The notes beneath the pieces are model-generated. The model searched no databases, was not told the origin of the DNA, and saw only the letters and a list, made by a program, of their open reading frames with translations. Shown here piece by piece: positions 41,891 through 53,900 of a stretch of DNA of 64,000 nucleotides. The stretch covers positions 27,034,001 through 27,098,000 of the forward strand of contig CM119371.1 of the NCBI GenBank assembly GCA_051294905.1. Reading direction: 5' to 3'. Position numbers and translations under genes: made by a program. The stretch is from Botryllus schlosseri (taxonomy: Eukaryota). Each line of letters opens with the position of its first letter. Positions within the stretch are counted from its first letter, which is position 1.

Positions 41891-43271
41891 ATGTTTTCTG
41901 TTACGTTTCTGTTATTTTTACTTTCTATATCATTGTCGGTTCCAAGTGTCCTCGGTCAAGACGCTACTGGTGACGTATAATGAACAATTTTCGAAGATAA
42001 TACGACGTAAAAATCCACTCTTTTAAGGTGCGCATGATGATAGAACACCAGAAGAAACAGCTGAAGAAGAAACCATCGACCCACAGGTTATATCAGGTAT
42101 TGAGAACACCCTTTCGCATTAGTTGACAGAGTTCATTGGGGTCGGTATTGTGCTTCATCAGTTGAAGAGTGGAATGTTGATGCAGTCGACTTGCAGCTGT
42201 CCGAACGGTTTGGCGAAACCTCTATGAAAATTAGGAAACTACTCAGACAAGGTACTGCCATAGTGATAAAATCGGTTGTAGGCTATTGACAATTACGACG
42301 CTACAATTCCTACTCTGTAAATTAGTATAAGGCGTTTCGTATTTCACTTACCTGTTATTGCAGCAGTTTCTGAACTCCTTCAGAGGGTCGCGCAGAGGAT
42401 TGCGGATGTCTTTAATTTGAGTAAGGACTTTTGTTGAGTTTCAGTACATTTATGTAACTACTTATATCGGAGACTTTTAGCACCTTCAGAAGCGACCGCC
42501 AAACTGCATCAAGCGCTCCAGTACAATGCGGAGGAAAAAGTTGTGAGATACCGGTGGGACAGTGAGTGCAGATAGACTTCTAAATTTTCCAAGGCTATAG
42601 ACGTAAACACTCTGGTCATTTGCACCTAGATTCTACAACCAGTTCCGATAACTGGAATATCCTGGATGTTCCACCTATTGGCAGATGTAAGACTTTTACG
42701 CATTTCTGAAGTAAACGAATTTTGATTATGTACGACTTCTTCAAGTTATCGCGAACGCGCAGAAGAGGGTAACCGCTCTCAAGACGTGGGCGGAGTTTTG
42801 TCGTGTAAAGTACCAGGAAAAGTGCTTCTGGATGGAATTCCGACACGGGTTGGGGATGACATGTGGAGAAGCCCGTCATATCTGCGCATCGAACGGGGGC
42901 CGGTTGGCTTACGTCTATTCGCCGGAACATCTGGAGACTTTGCAGTTTTACTTGAGGACTTTGATGGTACGAGTGAATCATCACAAGAATCCAGGTGTCT
43001 ATAATAGCTGGATTGGATGTCGTTACAGTTCGGAGGTATCTTGCATGTCGCGCTTGATAGCTCTCATATTTACTGATTTTTCTCGGCTTTTAAGATTATG
43101 ACGGTGTTTGCTGACGGCAGTCCGGCGCCTTACTCGATCTGGGAACCTGTGGAGCACAACCAGTGCGTGGTAGTCCGGACGACACTGCGATGGAGCGATG
43201 AAGGTCAAGGGTTTTATACTCGCGGCCATACGGACACTGCCGAGAGCGTGATTTGCGAGGTCGTCCTGTGA
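41891..43271 (+). CDS. Secreted C-type lectin domain protein, paralog 4 (multi-exon)
   Basis: Signal peptide MFSVTFLLFLLSISLSVPSVLG from ATG 41891; short stalk exons; CTLD EFCRVKYQEKCFWME...TCGEARHICASNGGRLA...SWIG; last exon DGSPAPYSIWE...QCVVVRTTLRWSD...AESVICEVVL-stop; closest to paralog 1. Confidence 0.8.
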
Positions 43272-43857
43272 TCGGAATCCATAGCAGGCCTGCACTGTAT
43301 AAATCCTTTGACGAATAGATTGATATTGTGAATCACGATTTCACTGGGATTTGCCATTTTTGAAAGAAGCACGAAGTGCCCGATTATGACAGACTTTCGA
43401 CTGGCAGCCGCGGGCGTCAAGATTCTAATAGTGCTGGTCAAATATTGACTTTTAATTTCTATGCCTCTGTTACATGATTTTGAATTCGTCCGTTATCTTG
43501 TTAATATTTAATACTAAACGGTATACAGCATGAATATATGAGAATTAAACCAGCTTTTAGACATAAAATGGAATGAAGAGCTTCTTGTAGGTACAGAACT
43601 ACAATACACAATTGAATAAGATATTCGTATTGAAATGAACCTGAATATTTTCGGCTAACACTCGTCAGGGGTATGTGGGGAAAACTAAAAATACGATATC
43701 AAGTAAGTAGCCTATTCCAAGTTTTGTGATCAAACATGCGTAGTGCAGCAGTTGTAAGCCTTACCTAGGAATACTAGCACTAATTTGCAAAACCCCGAGC
43801 AACCTCACAAATCGGCATTTCATTTGTATATTACACACCTCGTACATTACACATATC

Positions 43858-44262
43858 TAGGCTTACCACATTTTGGAAATCTAAAAAGAGGACAACTTTT
43901 CAGAAATTTGAGGCTTGCAAAACCGGAGAAGAATTTTCAAAAATAGGTGAATTTTTCCCACTTTGTACAAAAAAAGGTCAACTTGCCGTTCAGAGCTCAA
44001 AATACCGTTTTCTCTCCACATTGCTTGGTGGATGACTCGACTCAAATCCACGTTTTACGTTTTTAATTCCGAAATACCCGCCGGAGCGTCACTTCTGTGC
44101 TAATTTTCGGCATATCACTCGCATTTTGCTCTAAACGTGACCTAAATTTTCAAAAAAGAGGACAAAATCTAAAAAAAGGACAAAAGGGCGTCCTCCGAGG
44201 ACACTTTCAAAAAAGTCAAAAAAGAGGAAAATCCTCTTAAAAGAGGACGTATGGTAACCTTA
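43858..44262. mobile_element. hAT (Tip100-like) MITE with AAAAGAGGAC motifs
   Basis: Ends TAGGCTTACCA / TGGTAACCTTA; perfect TSD CACATATC (43850-43857, 44263-44270). Confidence 0.85.
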
Positions 44263-46326
44263 CACATATCAAGTATTGCATTTGGAGTATTTGGAGCTGC
44301 CGACAGAAGGCTGGAATGTAGGGATGGTGTGAACCTCTGAAGGGTTCAGGTTCGTGCGAGCGCGAACCTTTTTTATAGGTTCTGTCTCAACGCAAACGTG
44401 AGCCTATGACGTGACGTGACGTCAAATTGCTCATCCCATTCCGACCCTACATTTTAGTGAAGTGATATATTTATGAACAGCGACGATTCAGGCCACATTT
44501 TCGTCACAATCCTGAAGAGCATGCTCACTTTTTAAAGGTCGCTAAATCTATCAACTGGAGCAATAAAATGATATAATAATCCCATAAAATCAATATCTTC
44601 AGTCGCTTTGCCAACAATTTCCACGAGTACTTGTAAGACAGGGGTGTCAAACTCATGCAACTTGTGTCGCGGCCGGATTCAAACCTTCAGATCGCTCGCG
44701 GGCTGCACCAAAATGTTACTTTAAAAACCACGCCCTTGTTCTTTATTATCAAGTCTATATCAGTATATTATGGACCAATTGTACCAGCACCTTTATTCGC
44801 AAAGAAACGAATTGCCAAAGGAAATACGGTGATTGACCATTTGAATAGCGTTATGTATTATCCTATAGAGATTCTGGATTCTCTGGAGGGAGTGGGCCTT
44901 CTGAGTCAGAAGTGATACAGCACCACAGACACTTCTATGTAAATAATATATTCTCTATACATCCTGCATGAAACGGTTTCGCAGTGGCTTCTGGGAATAA
45001 CTAGTTTTGGTCCATTTGTCCACAACATTCTGAACTCTGAACAGTACATGCACTTTTTGCAGTCTCGGAATTGTATGTATATGTCAGCGACTTCTTCCTA
45101 ATAGCGACTAGAGAGAAACCGGAAGACCGCTATCGGATGGTTACAGTTATAATGGCGCATATGAATATTGTCGACATTTGCTGTCTTGAAGATTATTTGA
45201 TGGAAGTATATCTTACTAAAATGTAATGTGGTTTTCAACCTTTTATGGTCGCGACTTCATTTCTAATTTGAAAAGCTTCTGAGTCCCAGCTGAAACTTTG
45301 ATAACCTGATCACTAAAAAACGGTCAGAACCTTTGCCCAGACTTTCTCAATGCCTATTTATGAAGCTCATTACGGTAAAAACCTTCGCGAACCCCACAAT
45401 AAAGGCAAACGGCCCTCAGGCTTAGGAACACTATCGTTGACTCAAGCATCTAAATTAGGTGTACCATATTTTGGAAGCCCGACAAAGGACACTTTTTAAA
45501 AATGATAAAAGTCCGCTTTAGGAAATTGAAAACAACTTATTTTAAAATATTTACTGCAAATCCTGTTAACAAAAGGTCATCACTATATGATTCGACTCCC
45601 GGATGACCGACCATATCCATGCTACTGCCTCACCCCAAACCGTCCCATTTGGGCGCGAGCTCGGGCTGGGCCCAAAATTATTTCGTGAACTAACATAAAT
45701 CATAGAGTATTTTTTGGAAATTTATACAACTTTGTCAATAAAAAAATTCGCGCTGCGTCCGATTCATTGTGCTCAACTATCTTGATTATTGGCTACCGCT
45801 TCCCCAACAAAAAATATGCATGATTTATAAAAATGGGCACTTCGGCGTCGGTCATTGCCGCGCCACGACGCACCAAGACATATGAAGTTATAGACCATGT
45901 AACATGCGATTCCGCGAAGTGTGCCAGAACGATCATCAGCAAGAAGACCTTAATCGAAATGGTCTGCCCTTGTTCTGACGAAATACTTCAATATTTATAC
46001 ATTATAGATGTATATTAAATTGTCCATAGGCACCTAAATGGCAGGCGCCGAATGTTCTTGTCCTGGCGATTTGAGCCCGACAAGACAAATGCCATCTCCA
46101 GGTAACGTTATTTGCCAGTAACGAAGTACGTTAAGGCGATTTCAATATATTTTGACGTAGCAGGTAGGAGGTCACGAAATAGCATCCTGTAATGCAGTCG
46201 TTGTACAAACTGGTTCGTCCGAAGATGTTTAATTATTATTTAGGAGTCATACATTTTCCAACACACCTTATACCCAGCTCTACCGGTAACTCTGATTATG
46301 TGAGCAGAGAGAATGAAAATTGATTA

Positions 46327-47540
46327 CAATGGTCAACACAATTTTTATTGACTTTGATCAGACAATTGATATTGACTAACTTTTGGGCGCTGAATTAAAA
46401 AATGGCTTCCGTTTTTTTCTCTATCTCGTCAAGTTTTTGGATCAGGCACCCACCACATTGTCTCATAACCCACAAAAAAGTACTATTTTTAATAATTTAT
46501 GTATATTGTATAAAACGTTTCGAAAACCTCAAGCAGCCGAAAGTAAATCAATAGACTTCAAATAAACATTTGGACTGCTTTATTTTGTTGATTTAAACTG
46601 ATATTGCTTCTGCAAGACAAATAAAGTGCGAGTTTCAGAATCCGAATTCACGCTAATAACTCATAATTCTGTGGATTGTCTCGTTTGACACTGGAGCAAT
46701 AGTCAACTAACACATGTAAGCTCCAATCTACTCTGGTATCTTACCACCATCATCTCCATATCTTGGGGTGATGCTTTATAAATCGGGGGTCTATACGTAA
46801 ATTCCAATTGTATGTCGACGGCCGCCACCACATACTAATTGAAATACGTGTCCACGGCTGCTTCACTTGATTTGTAAATAAGGATTTCTAACTTCTCCAG
46901 CAACCAATGGTAACAGTATGATGCCAATGCCAGTATCACGGCCAATATTCCCTCTAAGCTGCGCACGTGAGCAAATGCGCGGTTCTGACGTGATCTCTGC
47001 GCACAGAAAATCTAAGTTGCGCACAACAAATAAGCAGTGATCACTTTTTTAGTCGTTACGCACTGCTGTCCAAGGATCTACGCAGTAAGTTGGTGAGTGT
47101 GCGCAGACTCGTCAAAAATTAGAGGGAACATTGATCACGGCAATAGATAAAGCTACCGAAAGTAGCCCTATGATGATAACGCCGTTTCTCATGAGATATC
47201 TTCTCTCTTTTTCCAAGTAATCTTTTCTCAATTCGCACGGATAGTTTCGAATGTTTCTATCCCAAGCCTTGAAGCCTATGTAAGATCATTTATCTTGTGT
47301 TGATGGACTACTCTGCGGTCGGAATCATCTTCGATTTCAAATTTTTCATCAGCAGGACTGCTATCCCTAATATCTTCATCTTGATCCCAATTATCAGGCG
47401 TGTGGGAGTTTCAAGTTACACTGGATAAGCTGAATGGGACATTGTACCTATAGCTGATAGTTGATGTATTGGTTATTTTTCTTGCCATATCCTGCAGTTT
47501 GCATCAACTATATGTCTGAAATATCATCGGATGATTGCAT
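46327..47540 (-). pseudogene. Heavily decayed Chapaev3-like (CMC) transposon remnant
   Basis: Minus strand near 46780-46670 reads, across frameshifts, HxQDMEMMVVRYQSR/WSLHVLVDYCSSVKRDNP, resembling the Chapaev3 C-terminal HQD...RYQGRW...DYCW.LKRD motif as recalled; terminus-like CAATGGTCAACA at 46327. Confidence 0.55.
46943..47133. mobile_element. 191-bp hAT-type MITE nested in the Chapaev3-like remnant
   Basis: TIR CAATATTCCCTCTAA / TTAGAGGGAACATTG; perfect TSD ATCACGGC (46935-46942, 47134-47141). Confidence 0.88.
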
Positions 47541-47549
47541 CCTTTAACT

Positions 47550-48433
47550 CAGGGGTGTCAAACATACGGCCCGCGGACCGCATCCGGCGCGTCAGACGAT
47601 TTCATCCCCGGGCGGCGAAGCAATTCTTATTAGACTGAAAAATTGTTATATTGTCCAGCATATTTGTAGTAAATGTTGATATTTATTGCAGGAAAATCTT
47701 TCAATATTATTCCCTCAAGACACCAAATGTCGGGCATGTTCGTTCATAGGCCACATTATAACTACTCGACTACGGCGTTGTGGTTTTACTCTCTCTAATG
47801 GTCTAATACGAGAAGGCAAAAGTGCACACTGAGTTCAGAGTTTTTTGGGAAGATGGACCAACGAGAAGCGAAACGCCAATGCGGTGACGTTATATATGCA
47901 GTTTTCATGGAAAATATATTATAGTTACACAAATATATAATTCAAATATATATATGATAGCACTGTTATGTCATTTCCCACGCACTATAGGTCCCCGCAC
48001 TTAAGAGAAACCCGACTTGCGATTTAATTATTTTAATCCAAATTCCAACGTCCTCGTTTACACTTAAATATCTTGTATTCCAAACAGCGTATACGACGGG
48101 CTAACGCCACATTAGCACTACATCAAAGGGAGCATAGAAATATGGCAACTTATATCGTCGTCAACGCCAATGTTTTATCGTTTCATAACTGTATTCAAAC
48201 GGCCAATCTACGTATTTTGCCAATTCCATTGTTCGCGAATGAAGGTTGTGCGACTTGCTAAAATAAATCCTCTATGAGTCGTGTAATATTATCTATATAT
48301 GCTTGATAATAAAGTATTCAAGTGAAAACCAAGGGCTCAAGGTAACATTTCAGAATCAGTTGACTGGTACGGCCCTCGGCCAATTTGAAGGCTTGATTTC
48401 GGCCCGTGACGCAATTAGAGTTTGACACCCCTG
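47550..48433. mobile_element. Old hAT (Charlie-like) MITE, CAGGGGTGTCAAAC family
   Basis: TIR CAGGGGTGTCAAAC / GTTTGACACCCCTG; TSD not conserved. Confidence 0.8.
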
Positions 48434-49030
48434 CGCTATGCGGTACATTTACCAATTATGACAATGAAAGTAAATCATCTGCTACCATTTCAGATGCTGT
48501 CGTGTCTTGCTCTAAGTATACTTTTAGGATTCGAGGATGCATGGACTCCTACTCGGTTGCAACCACGGTCAATAATAACGCGTTCATATTAATATTATGA
48601 GCTGTGGTCGATCGTGATAATCACTGACAATTTCCTCGTCTTCCAGCTGTGCGGATTCCACATGCACATTTCGCAGTATGTATACGGTAATTGTCGTGCC
48701 GTTGACGTATGGCAAAATTCGATTCGCACATTAACGACTCGTGATTAGTAGAGCTGGGCGAAATAGAGTACCAATATGTCGTATCTTGGCCACAAGAACA
48801 ATTAGTAGTGGCAATATTTATATATGCCAAATCAAACGGTGGCAGTTGCTGTTTGTGGCCGCCTATTCAAGGAGATTTTCGAGTACAATGGTCATTCACA
48901 CCAGACCGATATTATTTATTGGGATACCGTATCATCCGACAGCATGTATCAACTTTAGGCTTTTTGATACACCAAGCTCACTCGCGTCAGATGGGGAAGA
49001 GCCATCTAACACGTAAGAAGGGATTCTGCA

Positions 49031-49105
49031 GTCGACCTTGATCGGAATCGAACGCGCAACCTATTGGTGTTGCAGCTGTGGATCATACCACTACGCCATC
49101 CCGCC
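49031..49105 (-). pseudogene. tRNA-derived sequence (SINE head or tRNA pseudogene)
   Basis: Minus strand GGCGGGATGGCGTAGTGGTA...GTTCGATTCC has A and B boxes at tRNA spacing but poor stem pairing. Confidence 0.55.
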
Positions 49106-49152
49106 ACCGGAAACGGAGGGAATTCTATACCTTCCGAAGGAAAATTGGACAT

Positions 49153-49815
49153 TAGGGCTCTTCAAAAATGACTTTTTTCTCAAATCGTACTGGTTACTTG
49201 ATAAAATTGTTAGGTTACCTAATTCAAGCCTACACACAAAATTTGGTTCAATTCCAGCCAGTAACCGCTTTGCTACAGGAGAAAAAAGTTTCTATTTATT
49301 ATTATATAAAAATAAATAATAAAAAATTACAAAATTTTCTGTTCACCCCATGAAAGTGTTAGGCTGTCTATAGAGACGATGCTGACCAAATTTGGTTCAA
49401 TTCTAACCGGTGGAAGCGGAGTTATTGCCGTCGAAAAATTTGGATTTGAATAAAATAGTATTTACGGTGACCGATTCTTTGTTTATTTATTATAGTTGTG
49501 CTCACCGTGAATACTATTTTATTTAAATCCAAATTTTTCGACGGCAATAACTCCGCTTCCACTGATTGGAATTGAACCAAATTTGGTGAGCATCGTTTCT
49601 ATAGAAAGCCCAACACTTTCATGGGGTGTACAGAAAATTTTCAAATTTTTTAATATTTATTTTTATATAATAAATATAAACTTACTTTTCCTGTGGCAAA
49701 GCGGTTACTGGCTGGAATTGAACCAAATTTTGTGTGTAGGCTTAAATTAGGTAACCAACAATTTTATCAAGTAGCCAGTACGATTTGAGAAAAAAGTCAT
49801 TTCTGAAGAGCGCTA
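49153..49815. mobile_element. Fully palindromic hAT-type MITE
   Basis: About 320-bp inverted arms TAGGGCTCTTCAAAAATGAC... / ...GTCATTTCTGAAGAGCGCTA; perfect TSD TTGGACAT (49145-49152, 49816-49823). Confidence 0.92.
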
Positions 49816-50376
49816 TTGGACATACTGGCTCTCTGAGATGCATCTGCTTCACTACGCCTCACGAATGCATGTGTCCATTGCAATTAGCAACTATTCGTCG
49901 TCTCAAGACTATGGAGACATAGATTATACAAGCGAAACATTCCACACATCCCATTGGCACATAACAAATCGTCTCAAAACGGTTGACCGTCGCGGGGCTC
50001 CTGTACGGAGACCAATCATAATAGTCGGTAATATGTGAATTAGAACTTGCGATACGGGAATACCGAGCGGATTGGCCGTAATAACTGTGCAAGTGTGAAT
50101 ATCGACAGCTCCAAGTAGTGGGAATTGCCAGCGAATATTACGACCGGCGACAAGCTCATATCAATAAGCGCGTTAACACTTACGGAGGTCGCTACGTTGC
50201 TGGAGTTGCGAGATGGGGCAGAATCGATTTTCAAACGCATAATTATAGCAATATACGAAAGGCTCTTTAATATTAAAGAGTGATTTGCCTTTACTGTTAT
50301 ACGGAATTTGTAAATGTGCTGCACAGTGTGTTTAGCAGAGTTATTTGGGTAATTGTCTGGAAAGGTTTCCTGTGCA

Positions 50377-50609
50377 ATGATTTTCTATATGTTATGTTCT
50401 CTGGTACTATCTTCCGTTCAAGCACAGAGCCGTGAAAGTACCGTTGCCGCATGTGAGATGTTACATGTCGAGACTTCGATGCTACACCATTTTGAACGCC
50501 TTCATATCATGTTTTATCATTTCAGGCAATCAAAGCGATGAACACGCGTACATGCAGAGGGAGTTAGCAGACCTTAAAATCAAGATTCACAATCTATCGT
50601 TGTTCGTCG
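50377..50609 (+). CDS. First two exons of a probable fifth lectin-family paralog, interrupted in intron 2
   Basis: MIFYMLCSLVLSSVQAQSRESTVAA (GTGAG donor) resembles exon 1 of paralog 2; exon 2 50526-50609 NQSDEHAYMQRELADLKIKIHNLSLFV with GTAAGT donor; CTLD exons are not in the window. Confidence 0.6.
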
Positions 50610-50799
50610 GTAAGTACAGACGTGTGGGATTCATCCGCGAATGCTGCAAGTAGTATAGTAGATCGGTCGCACGCGGCTATGGGGTTCTTATGGGCCCGCT
50701 CGCACGGTGCCTCGAAACTCGTGTTGGCACGGTGACCCTTTTGACCCCCCCTATCTCTCGCACGGTGCCATTGTGTCTTATGGAGCCTCTCACACGGTA

Positions 50800-50950
50800 A
50801 CCCTTTTCGGTATAGGCATCTCTCGCACATCGCATGGAAAACTCGTGGTGGCACATCGCCCTTTCGGGTATTGGCATCTCTCGCACATCGCATGGAAAAC
50901 TCGTGGTGGCACATCGCCCTTTCGGGTATTGACATCTCTCGCACATCGTA
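50800..50950. repeat. 58-bp subterminal tandem repeat (mirrored at the window end)
   Basis: CATCTCTCGCACATCGCATGGAAAACTCGTGGTGGCACATCGCCCTTTCGGGTATTG(G/A) in about 2.5 copies; GCACGGTG motifs at 50700-50800. Confidence 0.9.
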
Positions 50951-53900
50951 CTTTCGCATGTCGTGCTTTCGCGTATAGGTTGTGTTGGTGATTCGCCATG
51001 CGTTCTTATGGGTGTGGCGGTGATTCGTACTTTCGGGTATATACATCTCTCGACCGGTGTTGAATATGTATCAAGTAAATAGTCATGTGAATGAATCTTT
51101 GTTAATGTGTATATCGTGCCGCACAAACGGAAACGCGGCTTGTTGTGAGGATTAAGCAGTGCGACCTATATTTCGAATGACCTGTGTGTGGAATTGTTTC
51201 ACGGCCAGCCGCGTGCTACTATCGATTATTACACTAATCCAGTCAGCACTATTACATTCAGGAGTATTCAGTATTCAGCAGCGACACGAAAAGCGATCAA
51301 CAAATAACCGCGTTCACAAACTAACACTTCAAAAATGTGTGAAATAGTTTGCAAAACCCCGCGATCGCTGACAAGATAATGTCTCGGGCATAACCATTTT
51401 AGTGACTTGGTGTTAAAGACATACCGATCGCTCACAAGGTAATATTTCGGTAATTAGTTTGTCACAGAGCCGTCGCAAACGGTGATTCGAAAACCAACAA
51501 TTTGACACTTTCTGGTGCTTGCTATATGTTTTGACACTTCGGAACGTGGTTGACTTTAGTTGTATAATAAGAATCATGTGAATATACAAGTAATGTGTCA
51601 ATTTGTCAACTTGAAATGAAACTTACTGCACAAACCAAGTTGATTCGTATCTGAATGTGTTAATTCGGTACAATTCTAATTATTTTGAGAAATCTTTTGA
51701 TTCGACCGTAACCGAATATTACTGACGCCGACTTTCAGCCGCATCGAATTATTCGCACATTCCGCGCCGCTGTTTTCGCACTTATAGAATCAATACAATT
51801 ATAACTCTACAAGAATCAAGAATCACAAGTATGTGTATTATACAGTTATTGTCTTTATCAACACGAAATCAAACTCTTAACAAAAACACGCAACTAATCA
51901 TTTGCCAGCTCTAACATTATCAAAAAATTCCAGTATTGTTGATTGAAAATCCTCGAGTCCTTATTATCAAAAACGTTATAGTACGGTGTCGGAATCCATT
52001 CGCGGGGTGTACTAAAGCTAAATCCAGATAATCCAAAATGAAATATTTGGACTTTGACATAGTGTGAATTGAAATAGGATTGACAACATGACTACCAACT
52101 TCCCCCACAGTCCCGTTTCGATATTATACACACATTGATTTGAAACAAGTAATGAAACATCACAACTCTATTCACGGTCTGGCTTTCCGTTTGTCAAAGA
52201 GATATTTTTACATCTTACCATACTCAAAAGAATTATTCACAACATTACCAATTGTTAAAAATCTAGTTTTCAATTACTTGATTATATCACTGCAACTCAT
52301 GAATTTGAATTAATTCATCCTGGTTGTATTCGTATGCTCGGTCTTTTTTTATTCGATTGTAAAGGTTGTTACTATTCTGAAGACAAAGTATTTACTAATC
52401 GGTGCATATACGTTTTGACTTGGACATATTATATTTTGAGTATACGAGATTTGAATGTCTGAACAATAACTGAGAAATAATTTATCACAATTAAATCCGT
52501 ATATTACAGCGTAATAGATATTTGAATGTCAGCAACTCGGTAACTCGACCAACTCGTCATGAGCATTCCCGAAATCAACACAAACATGACTACTGACTTG
52601 AGTTAACCACAAAACAGCATCAAGTTTTAAATCCACTTGTAGCTTACGGATTATTTGAATGCGGGTTATGTTTTGTTGTAATTGAGTGTACGGAAATAGT
52701 ATTACGTCTTGACATCTTACCATCGTACGATATTCAAAGAGTCAACCACGAAAACATTGTCAAGTAAATCCGTTACCCGACCAACTCAAACAGTATCAGT
52801 ACGAAAAACAGCCAAACATACACGAGTCCATACAATCACTAAAACCTAAAATCCATAACAAGTTCGGTTGTATTCATATCCCTACACATCTTTTTTTTTT
52901 TTATTCAACTTGAAAAGTCGTTACTATTCTGTAAGATATAGAGGAATTACTACGCGGTATATTCTGCAAGACAAACTAATTACTACTCGGTATATTTTGT
53001 AAGACAAAAGTAATTACTACTCGGTGCGCGCAACTTGAGATTAACATATGTTTGAATATACGAGATTTGAAAGTCTGATCAACGTAGTTGCGACTTCATT
53101 TCTTACAATCGAACGCTGGTGTTATATTCAAAGTTATGATATCAGAAAATATTTTACAAATGTAATTGTTTCCAGTACCCAAGACTAAAGATGTAATAGT
53201 TCCAGTATTCATACATTGAACAACCGATGCAAAATGCTTTATTAACCCAATTCCCAACGGGATAATTGGAACGACTAAGTGTAGAGTCAGTATATCACAA
53301 TATCGTTACTATTGAATCCAGCAATTGATACGATTTATTGTCGGAATTTGTGACAGAGAATTGAAACATATGCACTTTACAGAGTGTGAAAATATCACTT
53401 TGAGTATCGAGTACCGTTCGAAGCTGGCGATCAATTCTTAATCATTTCAGTAACTCCCCATTGTGCGTGCTAAATGTGAAATATCGCGAGGTTATACACT
53501 CTAAGACTTTGATCATTACAAAAGTAAATTGTGATATGTTTGTTAGATGCATCCAATTCAACTAGAAGTGTCTAGTGCCCAACACTCGTAATATCAAAAA
53601 AGTACTTGCTACACTGTAATTCACTAAACGTGTTTTGTATTGTTGTTCATTTGTAGTATTGATTGAAATTGTTTTTGAACCCTCAAATAATAATTCCCGA
53701 CATGAAACTAAGCCACCGAAAGTCGTTACCATCACAAAGAAACAATTTGCATGATGTTTACTAAATGTGTCCTATAGTTAGGTGTGCTGGAATTATTTGT
53801 AAAACACACACACACACAGGATCAGAGAAATTGGAAATTTTTCCGTTGTTATTATCTAAAGTAAATGTCATCACAATACTCTGCCACTAAAAGACGTTAC

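Noticed and set aside
50594..51126. Cys/His-rich ORFs of up to 150 aa resembling zinc fingers
   Set aside because: Arise from the 58-bp tandem repeat cycling through reading frames at the element terminus.
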